DNA of 64,000 bases from the NCBI GenBank assembly GCA_015680685.1, contig MNCI01001928.1, positions 1-64,000 on the forward strand. Reading direction: 5' to 3'. The notes beneath the pieces are model-generated. The model was not told where the DNA came from. It worked only from the letters and a program-made list of their open reading frames with translations, and did not search any database. Positions 52,658 through 64,000 of this stretch are shown here, piece by piece. Position numbers and translations under genes: made by a program. Origin of the DNA: Gnetum montanum. Its lineage: Eukaryota; Plantae; Gnetophyta. Positions within the stretch are counted from its first letter, which is position 1, and every line of letters begins with the position of its first letter.

Positions 52658-53941
52658 TGTGGACCTTTTGGTGTGTCAAAAAATTTAGTAAAATGAAGTT
52701 AAACATTGTTTGCATGGTTGTGTGGTTATTGTGTGTTTGTAGGACAACATACATGGCAAACCAAGATGAGCTATATTCTACAGAGAAGGCAAGAAATGAA
52801 TTGGTTTAGAGCTGAAAGGAGAAGGTCATCCAGAAATTCTCAAATGAACATGAAAGAATTCCAAAGAACATGGACAAGGACCAAATACTGTACAAGCAAA
52901 GTTATCATTATTAAATCATGTAAAAGATTAAGGTTATGGATGAGGAATGATGAATTTAAAGGATAAATAAAGTTGAAGAAAGATGTCTTTGAGGACTAGT
53001 AGACATCTTGACAGAATTGAAGTGAACACATGCAAAGACATCTTCAAGAAGCAGTAGACATCTTTCCCCATGCAGAGATGACTTCCATCGAGCAAAGACG
53101 TCTTCACAGAATACAGGCCAATTTTAAAAAGGCATCTTTCTCTAGATAAAGATATTTTCTAGGATAGAGATTTTAGAGAGATGTCTTTTCTAGACAAAGA
53201 TGTATTTCTAGAATTGAAGCCAAATATAGAAAGACATCTCAAGGACAAAGAAGATGTCTTCTATGACCATTGGTGACTATTGGCTAGCTATTACACAAGC
53301 TTCAAGATGGATTTAAAAATATGGTAGCTATAATAAGATATCATGTGCATTGAGAAATATACAAGCTTGTGTACAATCATTGTTAAATCATTTGTTTATC
53401 ATTGTAATCTTTGTTACTCTTCATTGTATCATCATTTTTTCATTATAAAATGTGTTGTACCTCAATGTACAAGGATCAACAAACTAAGTTGCATTTATTT
53501 CCTATAATTATTCTTACTTGTTACCCTATGGGTTTGATGTGCTTCTTATGGAAAGGCACCTTGCTTGAGCTTGTTGAGGTCCTGTGGGATTGAGTTGTTG
53601 GTGCTACGGTACAACACTCTAGAGTGGAGCTCAAAGTTGTAAAGGTTGTGGAAGCTTGAAAACCACATTCCAAGCCTAATAGGACCTTGCAAAATTGAGT
53701 GGTTGGTGCTATAGCATAGCACTCTAGAGTAGGGCTTGAAGACTATACAGGGTGTGGACCCTTCAACCACATTTTAAGAGCAACAAAGTTTGGAGATGTG
53801 TAGGTAATATACCCTCTGAGTGTAAACTACCCAACTTGGGAAACCATGATAAATTTAGTGTGTATACTTTTGTGTTACAAAGTTTTAATTTGGGGAACTT
53901 ATTCATCCCTCCCCCACTTCTTCTAAGTTCAACAATCCACA
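52658..53941 (+). repeat. 3' LTR of D (1284 bp)
   Basis: Preceded by the PPT and followed by TSD TAGAG. Confidence 0.95.
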
Positions 53942-54011
53942 TAGAGCACCAACATCAATCATGCTCTATGGGCCTATAGATTCACCTCAAAACCTCCTAT
54001 AAGGTATTTGT

Positions 54012-55110
54012 TGATATGCTTAGAATTACCCATGTGGTCAATTAAAATGTCTTGTATTTTTATTTTTTGTTAATTTTGTGTATCACCAAGCATTGATTGA
54101 ATTGATATCCAACAATAAGAAATAATGCTATTTTGATGTAATCTCTCACAGGATAGCATTTTAATGATAATTGATGAAGAAGAATAAATTTCATATCAAT
54201 AATAATCATTGCAGTGATCAATAGCAATATGTTTAGAATTCAATGCAAGATCAAAAATACCAGTCAACATTAAGAAAGTAACATTAGGTAATAAGGAAGA
54301 AGTATCAAATTGATTTAATATACATCAGCAATAGAAATTAACATGATTTACATTTTAATTTACTCATCAATCCTAGTTGACCTAGTGATAGATAATAATT
54401 ATCATCAAAATGTCAGATGTTGATCCAGTGGCATTAATTGACATGTCAAGATACTAAATGAGGTTTAGTTCTACATATTAACCTACATCATTGGAGTAGT
54501 TTTTAGTGATACTTTAGTATTCAAAGATCGCATGATATCAATTTAGTGAGATGTTCCTATAATAATTATTTCTTTTATGTAGATCTGTGTCATTGATGGT
54601 GATGTTCAATGATATCACTGTATAATTTTATTATAATCATCTTTTGTTAAGATTCATCCCAATTTTGAGTGATATTCTATGTATAAAAGATTTCTTAGGC
54701 ACATTGCATAAGATAACAATTCATACCCCTATGAGATTCCAAGTCCTATTGAAGAATTTTCAAATTTCCCAAGAACTATGAAGAGCTAGTTAAACCTTGT
54801 GATGATCATAGATTAGATGATATCTCTCTTGTGCTCTCTATATTTTTTACTTATTCAATTAACTTGAAATTAATCATTAATTTTTATTTTGTGCTTATGT
54901 TAGAAGCTAGGATGAGAGTTTGTGATTTGGATTATGTGTGACAAACATAAGTGTAGAATTAATTTGGGATTGAGTTCTAATTATTTCTTTGGTCTTCTTG
55001 TCTTTTTAGCTTTTAACCATTCCCACATGGATACAACTTGAAAGTTGGTCATAGATAAGGTGATATTTCTACAATATGTAATCTAGCATCAAATTTTGGC
55101 TAGCTTATCA
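54012..55110 (+). repeat. Putative 5' LTR of E
   Basis: Imperfect terminal inverted repeats; lies between the A2 integrase breakpoint and a tRNA-Asp-type PBS. No second copy in the window. Confidence 0.65.
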
Positions 55111-56999
55111 ATTTGATGCCATTGCTAGGAAGGTTGGTAAGTTAATATTCATCAAGGATTTGGTATGTTTTTTAATCAATCTTTGTTGTTTTAACTGTTA
55201 GATCTTCAACAAAAAAAGGATGAACCTTTCTTTTTCTTTCATTTTTGAATCAATTTATTTTTAGAATTGTCACTTTTAATTGTTTTTATTACAAAAAGAA
55301 AAGTAAGAAAGTAAAAGTAGGGAAAAAAGTTCCAAAAAAATTACAAGAATTGAAACACCACCAAAAATGCATGTTATAACCTTTTTCTTGACCTTGTAAT
55401 CCTCATCCCATAAAACTTGAGGTTAAGCTTCATTGTAAATGTGAAGATTGCAACCCAGGAGGTGAAACCTCACATACTTGATACTTTTGGAGGCTAAAAA
55501 TGCCTCATAAGTGGTCAAAGCCTCATATGCCAAGTGAAAAAATTTTAAAATATAGTGGTATAAAAAATTTGGTATACAAAGCCATTTGATGAAAAAATGC
55601 CTCATAAGTGGTAGAACCTTTGGATTGTGGAACTAATTGTAGTAGTTTTAATAGAATTGGAATCCCTGTCCAAGTGAACCTCCTATTCTCTTCTTAGGAA
55701 ACATTTTGTACACATTTCTAGACTCTACCTTTATTTTTTAAATAAAAGCTCACAATTTCATTTGTGTGTAATTTAGATTTATTTGCTTTATTCTCAGTGC
55801 ATTTATCATCAGATTTACATTTTGCATTTTTATTTTCATTATCTTGCTTTTCCCTCCTTAAGACCTTGGATGATCTATTGGACCATCCAGGGCTCCTTAG
55901 ATCCTATTTTTTTCATAGAGGCCTTTGGAATTCAAGGTTAAGGCTACTGTGCTAGGAGTTCTTAGTTTCTCCAGCAACTAAGATTTTTAATTACTACAGT
56001 TTTCTGGGACTAGAAGGAGGGCCTTTGTCCAAATTCTACATCTAAACCTATTTCTTGTATACCAATGTTGTCAACAATTACAAAATTTTAAAATATGTAA
56101 AATATTTTTTGTACATTTTGGTAACCCCATTTGTGGGTACCAAAACTAACACTTCAATCCATTCCCCTCTATCCTCAAAGTCTTGCGTGGGAGTTGTAGG
56201 TGTTTGAGTGTTTAGAGTTTTCACAATAGTTGTTGTGATTTCCAATGCCAATGTTGGTTTTTTATTCTAACCTTTACTCCCTTTTGCTACCAAATTCTCT
56301 AGTGAGGCCAATGTTGGTGGAATTATCACCCAAATCTCCATGCCCCTTATTGTGAAAATTTTTCTAGCAAAAGCAATGTTGGTAGCTTGCTAAAATCATT
56401 TTTTGTGAAAAAGTCAAATTTTTTACTTTAGTTTTTAGCCAAATCCACTTTCTCAAAGGTAAATCCCCACCTCCAACACTAGATAGAAAGGTGTAAGATT
56501 TCCCATATTAGCTTGCTTTCTTTCCCCATGCTACACCTAGTGTGGGTGTAGCTAGGAAGCCTAGTGTGGTTGGGGTTTGATACCCATCCTTTACCATTTT
56601 TAGTAAAGAGGTATACCCTCCTTTGATAGCTATTTACTATTTATATCCTATAACCTATTTTTAACCACTTTTACTCTTTTTAGCTCTTTGTAAATTCCAC
56701 TTGCTTTAATTTGTACTTTTTATCTATCCATTTCCATCTTTGGTAAGCCATTTTTTTAGCAGTTTAACCATGTATTTTAGTTAGTTGACTATCCTACCCT
56801 TCAAATTCACTAATAATGGGTTCAACTAGTAAGATGTGAGGATATATGACACCAAAGATCCTACTATGATCAAGTGTAGATTGTCCTTGAGGCTTAGGAA
56901 GCAAATCCTTTAGTTCTTAGTTATAAATGAAGACCATTATAACTTCATTTGTGCTAAGATTCAAGCTAGTATGCTAATTATTTGCATGAAAGTAGAGGC

Positions 57000-59900
57000 C
57001 AAGAGGGAGTTCAAGCTTATATGATGTAATGGGAAGGAATATATTCCTTCCCCATATGACCAAATACCCCTCAATGAAACTCATGTGCACATCTTATCTC
57101 AATTAATTGAGATGGATGAAGTATGAAGTAGATGAGAAGGTTAGCTTGGATGAACATCAAGAGGAGGAGGATGAGTTTGGGGTAGAATAAAAACATGAAA
57201 ACATCCTAGGTTCACTTTTCCAACAAGCAATCCCCAAGGCCATAGAGCCTACCTTCACTTCCCTTGTCTCCACCATGGAACAGATGCCACCATCCTCTAC
57301 TCCTTCTTATTAAGCACGTTTGGACAAACACCAGTCATAGCCACACACCAAGAATAATTAGTATCACATTCCATCATGTTCAATTTCTCCATACCATTTG
57401 ACATGTAGCCTTGGTCTATATGACTTTCATCAATGGTGTTCACCACCACCAACTTGTTGATCACCTAGATGGGGTCGATTATGGGATCCTAAGTAACCCA
57501 GGGGTCGCATATCTCTTTCATTCCATTTGCCCTAGATACTAGCATAAACTTCATTTTCTTTGTGTGGCCTATCCACCACCATAATGACATAACCTCTCCC
57601 TTCGGTGCTGCAACTGATAGTAAGGCCATAGGCCTCTCATCCAACTTGGTAGCCCTTTGTACAAATGCAACAAATGACAAGTGCATCCCAAGGCTTGGAT
57701 CAAGCATTCCAGATGATCCAGGACTTGATGAAGGAGTTAAAGAGGCTTAATTACATCTCAAATTGTTAAAGTCATGGAATTCTACCAAGATGATTCCATT
57801 AGTCATATGCTTCCATCTTTAATGCTTCCTCCTAGGTTCCCCATCCCTCAGTTTACAAAGTACAACAGTGAAGGTGATCCCAACACTCATCTCATAACCT
57901 TTCAATCCAAGTACTTATTGTTATAAGCCTAGCCACATACAATCATGAGAATATTTCCTATGTCCCTTGTGGGAAAAGCACTTGATTAGTATCGTACCCT
58001 ATTGAGAGGATCTATATCCTCTCTTGAAGACTTGATCGCACAATTCCTTAACCACTTCAAGTACAACCTGAAGCCCAACACCACCCTTGACTAGCTAATG
58101 AAGGTCAATTTGGGATCTCTTGAATTGGTGTAGAAATTCATCTAATGATGGAAAAATTTTCTTAACAAGATAATAACCCCTATAGTTGAAACCCATGTTT
58201 TGGCTATATTCAAGGGGATGGTTAATGATTTCATCAAATCTAAGATATACTACCTTGACTCATGGTCACTTAGTTAAGCATTCTTTGAGACTAAGAACAT
58301 AGTGGATGTCACAAAGGTTAGCCACGACCCTGCCTACATGGCATACAAGAACCAACACATGCGAAGGGCCAAGGAAAGAGGTAAGCAAAACAACATGGTT
58401 GTAGCAACAATGTCCAAGGAAACGAAGACAACTAACTAGGGGCCAAGAATTAATCAACTTAGGGCCCCTGCTAACAACCATGAAAACCAACCTTTATCAT
58501 CTAGGGTCATAGCATTAACTATGTCTAGGTCCAACTTTGAGTAGAAAGATAGGACTAAATACACTAGGCTACCTTTGAAGCCATCTAAGCTCTTAGACCA
58601 ACTGTTGAAGAGTAAGAGGATCCAATATAAGTAGATGATTGAAACTACTCATAAAAAGCATGAAAGGCTATGTGAGATAGCCAAGGATCTCACTCGAGCA
58701 ACAAAAGATGATCCTTAGTTATCTAATTATTTCAAATTTAACTTCTTCTACCATTATCATCAATTGCGTGGTCACAACACTAACTTCTATCGTATGCTGA
58801 AGAATGACCTACAAAAGATGATAGATAGAGGTGAGTTGGTTCTAGATGCTTCTAACCTTGTTTGACCTTAGAACCAATTGATGCATGTGTACAAGGATCC
58901 ATTGAATGTCAAAAATAGCTCATACATCATATCTGTGTTCAATGTTGATGATAACTGAAAGCCTATGAGAGAATCGTTTGTGTTTTTGGTACCCCCTTGC
59001 AACGAAAGGGGCTCTTTAGCTTCCACTAGCTCAAGGCCTTCTTTTGTTGTAAGGATACCATTGTAGATGCCTCCTAATGATTCCTTCTCATTATGGTGCC
59101 CTAGTCCATACAATTGAACCCACACATGCAACTATACAATGGTCCCCCATGGTAGCTAATGCTACAGCCTCTTCCTCTCAGACAACCAATGATAACCAAA
59201 AGACCTCAACCAAGTAGAGGAAGAAGCCTAACCAGAAGCCTAACAACAAGGATGACAAGCATGCCAAGGCATAGAAGGAAGCAGATCCATGGAAGCCCAC
59301 TCCCATATCATTAGTACCTATGACCTCCATAGCCTATGCTTCTTCAACAAGCAAACCACTAGAGGAATCTACGAGCCAAGGGAGAGGAAATGAGGAGAAG
59401 CAACAACAAAAATATAAAAACAAGGTGCATATTTTGGGGTGCATGGAGAAAGTTAAGGATAATTAGGATGACAAGCCCATGGCCAATGACAAAAACTTCC
59501 TAAGTGTGATGAAGCAAGTCAAGTGGTCTCTTAAAGAAAAAAACACAATCTTGAGCTTATATGACTTGATCCTGACTTTTGTTACACATCATGAAGAACT
59601 AGTTAAGATGTTGGCTTCTATCCCTGTTAGTGAGGACATTCCTACTAACGAAGAATCCATCCATGTGGTGATGGTGCCTTCTTGACCTAGGGAAACAAAG
59701 TCAACATTGCTACTATTTCATGATAGCAAAATTAAAACTAGTACCAAATATGGTGAAGTGACCAAGGCTCCTCTTTTCATCACAATCCAAGTGGGGTAAT
59801 ACAAGGTGCATCAAGTGCATGTAGTTGATGAAGCTGTGAAAAATGCCATCTCATGCATCATAGTTGAAAATTTAGGCTTAATTGAACAAGTACAACCCAT

Positions 59901-60150
59901 AATGACATCAACTCTCAAGTCCTTTAATGGATCATGGATTTCTATTAAGGGGTCTATCTCCTTAGACATTGTGGTAGGGGAGAAATTTCCCATAACTACT
60001 ACTTTCTTGGTGGTAGGGGAAACATTAGGATTGAACCTTATCTTGGGAAGACCTTGGTTGGCTCAACTATGAGCTATATCTTCACCTATCTACCAAGAAA
60101 TTCACCTACCTTACAAGGGAGGTGAAATCATCATTCATGATGATAATTTG
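57000..60150 (+). pseudogene. gag-protease of E, disrupted
   Basis: PPRFPIPQFTKYNSEGDPNTHLITF (~57830), RIFPMSLVGKALD*Y, degenerate YHYHQLRGHNT knuckle (~58750), protease region LKSFNGS..GSISLDI..FLVV..LNLILGRPWL (59806-60072). Start approximate. Confidence 0.8.
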
Positions 60151-61082
60151 ATTCCCCTAGTTGTTAACAACATAGACATAGAACAAGGGTCGAACATGGA
60201 GATTCAAGAAGAAACTCCCAACCATTAAGTTAAGCAATCCAAGGGAGTTGAAGAAGATAGGAATGATAATGATGGGCTAGGAGAAATGTTATGGGGAGAG
60301 CTCCCTTTTAATACAATTAGTGAAGGGAACAGAGAGTACAAGCTTGTGTAGAGCAAGTCGTACATGTTTCCTGATCTCTCGAAGATTAGGAAATAGTTGA
60401 ACAAGTAATGTACACTCATGATCCTTCCACCATATGCCCTTGTAACCTTGTAATCATATATACTCATAGTTAGTTAGCCTAGATTTTGTTTTGGTTATGA
60501 AATTTTGCTTACTTTATGTTATTCTTTCTTTCACAACTTTACTTTATGAAATTTGAATTTTTATTAAAGCCTTTTTTCTAAGCATAATATAAATTTCAAA
60601 AACCTCATAAAAATTATAAAACTAGAAAAACCACAAAAAATCTTAAAACATAAAACAAAAAAAATATATCTTTCCTTACATCGTAGGGCTTGCCATGGCC
60701 TAAAGCTAGCAACAACATATGACCCTCCATAGCCATAAATTGGAAAATCAATTAAAATGACTTGTGGCCACCATGGGCTAAAATTGGCAAGCATCCGTTT
60801 ACCTTATTCCCATTTTAGCCTATAATCATATTGCTAGATTCATCAACATAGCCATAGATAATCATAACATGAAACTGTAAAGCCATGATAAAGCCATAAC
60901 ACTAGAAAAATATGTAGCCAAAACTAAAACCAAAACTTAAAATTTAAAATGTTCATAACATACATAGCCATAGCCACACTGTATGGCAAAGTATCCAAAT
61001 AATAATAGACAATAACTATAAAATCATCCATAACAAAGTCTTGGCTAATAATAGCCATCAACATCAATGATAAATGCAAACA

Positions 61083-63644
61083 TTATGGGCAACTGAAGGA
61101 TGCTAAGGATGCAAACATCCTCACCCTTACCACTGGGGCCACCATGTCTCTTGGTGCCTAACATATAACAACATAAAGCTAATTAGTAACTAACAACAAA
61201 CCTATAACTTAAGCAAAAATTAAAATAAAAAAAATATAAATATATCAAACCTGATGGGAATCAAACTTGATAAACTTTGGGGGTAGATGTTGAAGACAAG
61301 TCTCCAAACGATGGAGAATCTAGTCTTCCATCATGTTGGCCTAGTTAGCATCCTCAAAATTAATACCTATGAGGATGTTTGTTGGGTCCATTTCGGTCCA
61401 ATTAGGTGGATCCTATGATATTGTAGCTATATAAGTCTCACATACAGCTATGGTGGCTTGAGGAGTAGGAGATTCAACCATGTGAAAGTGCTTTCAAAGA
61501 GTTGGTAAGAACTCTCTACCTAAATCCCCTAGATGAATAGCTTCCTCTTACATCATTTAGTTGTCTTCTTCTTAAGCCACTTAAGGTATGCCTCCCAATC
61601 AACCTTGTATTTTCTCTTATGATCCTTTTGGGTTTTACCCCACTCTAGGGCCCAAGCATAATATTCCTTCCAATTCTTGGCTTTTTGAGAGATGAGATCC
61701 ATCTGAATTTGCTAGTCCATCATTTCCTTGGAAAGTGCCACCTTGTCATGAATGATGTTTGAATAGTGGGCCAATGTGATCTCTTTGGTTTGTAGGTTTT
61801 CTGAGTTAGCCACTTTGGCTTCCACAAAGGCCTTGTGATCCTAGAGATCCTTGATCATCTTAGCTTCCTATTGGATCTCCTCTCTTAAGACCATAACTTG
61901 CTCTCATAGGGATTCATTGGACCTTTGGAACTCCCATGAAGTTTCTGCACATGAAATCAAAAGATCAGTGGAAGTTTCATACAACTTCAGGGGTACATTC
62001 TAAACATTCAAGGGAAGCTTTAGTACAGAGTTGAACTCCATGTCTTGGCTAGGGTCCCATGCTACTAATGGCACTATAAACAATGCATAATTAGAAATAC
62101 AACCATAAGCTTAATTTACAACCTAAGATAACCAATACAATATAGTAAAATGACTAGGACAAATAAAACATAGGTCTTACCAATCTCAGGCGCAACCTAT
62201 TGCAACTGACTAATGATGTCCTTGGCCACTCTATGCATGAACTCTATCTTGTCTAGGATCTCTACCCATGGTTTCACATGAAATTTAGCTATAGTATCCT
62301 TTTTTATGGCTCAAAAACTACAAAAAGCATAACAATCATTAAACAAAAACCAAACATAAAAACCATAAGCTATAATGAGTAGCATTAAGACGTGTGCATA
62401 CCTAGCTTCTCTTCCTCCTCTAGGATGATGATGGGAGATGCACCTAGCAATGGCTCATTGAACAAGGCATCTAGGTCATCTAGATCAAAATTGGCTAACC
62501 CTTCAGCCTCATGTTGCCACATGAGTACCTCCTCTGCATGCCTTTGTTCCTTTATGGCTATGGCAGTGACACACCTTTGTGCCTCCTTTGCTGCAGTAGT
62601 TGTATGCCTTTACTCTTCCTCTACAACAACAACTTAGAATACCATGTCTTGATGCTTATGTGCAACTATTATACATAAAATGGATTAGCACATGAAACAA
62701 CAATATAGCCATAAGACATAAAACATAGAATAGCCATAAGGACTATGTTTTGGCTATTCTATGTTTCATGTTAGGAATAGCCATAAGACATGAAACAACA
62801 TTAAACATAACATAACAAATCATTCTTGATCTTACCTTCTTATTGTTCAATGAGGCTTGTGTGGAGGTCCTAGTAGTAATAGCCTTTTCCCTAATGTGCT
62901 TGAGGCCCATTCACTAGCTGTGTGCTATCTCAACAACTATACACTTCTTATAGATAAGGTTAAAGACATTACTGTATTTATCAGAGTCACTTCTTAATTG
63001 ATCGTACATAACAATCTTGATTTTAGGACCTTTGGTAAATACATTTAATGTGGTGTGAGCCATCACCAAGGTTTGATGATTCCTCATTAAACCTTGGTCA
63101 TTAACCTTGTACTTGTAAGATGTGATAAAAATCGACAAGTTAGAGAAAGGTAAGTAAGCCAAAAACACCAATAATCAAACAACCATGCTTACCCTGGTAG
63201 ATTGTACACTATGTCAAGGGGTTCTAGAATAATGTGTGGACTCTATGTACCACCATCAAAGTATTATAAGCATTATACCGAGAATACTTTGGCATGCTCT
63301 ATATCTCAGACAAGTAGCAAGTATCAATGGTGTTCCTAGTATCCACCACCTCCCTTGTTGCCCAGGTTTGTGGATCGTTAGTTATGAACTTGATGATCAA
63401 GTTAGATACTTGAGGCATCAGGGTCTATACCATGACATCAACCATATTAGAAGCTAAGTGTGACAACATCATCACACTAAATTTTTGTAGGATGTAGGCA
63501 AGGAATTCTCTTATCCCTAGCTAGAACCATAGTGAGCCTAGCTTAAGAATCAAATCAAGGAGGGGGGTGTTAGCCTTGGGAGTGTTGATGCAGCATAGGA
63601 TGCCCACCAAATCTACCACTATTAGGATGGATTTTAGAAGAGTC
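61083..63644 (-). pseudogene. Decayed multi-exon antisense gene of unknown family
   Basis: Minus-strand exons 63644-63193, ~63135-62836, 62665-62402, 62317-62181, 62073-61251, 61157-61083. Donors GTAAGC, GTAAGA, GTATGC, GTAAGA, GTTTGA; acceptors TGCAG, AATAG, TGTAG, TATAG, GTTAG (second exon acceptor unresolved). Introns are T-rich, ~60-170 nt. Exons read as helical protein with scattered stops. Confidence 0.65.
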
Positions 63645-64000
63645 CTGCATGGAAAAAAATATAGACCATTAAGATCATGTTTTAATAGTTAGAATTTCTT
63701 GAAAAATTTTACCAAACATCCTAGTTGGGGGTGAAATTAGCCCCTATAAAAAAATCTAAGGTGTTGGCTAAAATTCATTTGGGAATTCAAAAAAAAAAAT
63801 TATTACAACCTTTATAGCCATTAAGCATTGTAGCCAAAACATTATAAAATGTACAATATCAAAACCAAATTATGCCTCAGCTTGAAACAATATTTAAACA
63901 AAAATATCCTAAAACCTAGAAAACGGCCATAGGAAAGTCACTAGTAAAAATATCGAAAAAATTTTAATAGTCATGAAACCAAGTTTAGAGAATTTTTAAC

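Larger units (their letters stand above)
48120..53941 (+). mobile_element. Element D: non-autonomous gag-only Sirevirus-like Ty1/Copia element (5.8 kb)
   Basis: LTRs 48120-49369 and 52658-53941 (TGTGG...CCACA). Perfect TSD TAGAG (48115-48119 and 53942-53946). PBS TGGTATTAGAGC 49372-49383. PPT AAAAAAGGGAAGAT, plus upstream AGGGGGAG copies (51553, 51604). TATTCAT followed by a C-rich tract near the LTR 3' end. No pol motifs seen. Confidence 0.93.
34353..54011 (+). mobile_element. Element A2: older, heavily decayed Athila-like Gypsy related to A1, interrupted by nested insertions
   Basis: LTR end GAGTGTAGGGGATAC..CTCATTA (35223) resembles the A1 LTR end. Decayed PBS 35225-35242. gag from ATG 35356 (MNNFPKFEGG ~36356), PR ~45000-45500, RT ~45900-46850, RH ~46880-47200, IN ~47450-48119 resuming at 53947 (HALWAYR). 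No 3' LTR in the window; LTR start approximate. Confidence 0.85.
54012..64000 (+). mobile_element. Element E: Tat/Ogre-like Ty3/Gypsy, running off the window end
   Basis: Interrupts the A2 integrase. Putative LTR 54012-55110 (TGATATGCTTAG...CTAGCTTATCA), PBS TGATGCCATTGCTAGGAA 55114-55131, long 5' UTR, gag and PR remnants. No RT/RH/IN seen before the window end. Whether 60500-64000 belongs to E is inferred. Confidence 0.7.

Overview
AT-rich land-plant genomic DNA with one scaffold gap (1159-1281). A small CpG-retaining gene island (~5.4-16.5 kb) holds two convergent intact genes: a 17-exon C-terminal-motor kinesin-14 (ATK1/KIN14C-like, 783 aa, + strand) and a 4-exon secreted thioredoxin-fold protein (238 aa, - strand). 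Each gene has a decayed APE-RT LINE (RTE-X-like) just upstream, in the same orientation as the gene. The rest (20.5-64 kb) is a nested stack of decayed LTR retrotransposons. These are: a complete Athila-like Ty3/Gypsy A1 (20913-34262, -) with a ~950-codon extra ORF; an older related copy A2 (+) interrupted by a probable solo LTR (C); a gag-only Gypsy B (39075-43847); a gag-only Sirevirus-like Copia D (48120-53941); and a Tat/Ogre-like element E (54012 to window end). The most unusual signals are (i) a decayed, multi-exon, spliced antisense gene of unknown family inside E, whose introns and flanks are rich in an AGCCATA motif, and (ii) the same AGACGTCT palindrome array in the U3 regions of the unrelated gag-only Gypsy and Copia elements. 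All calls were made by eye; no alignments or database searches were run.
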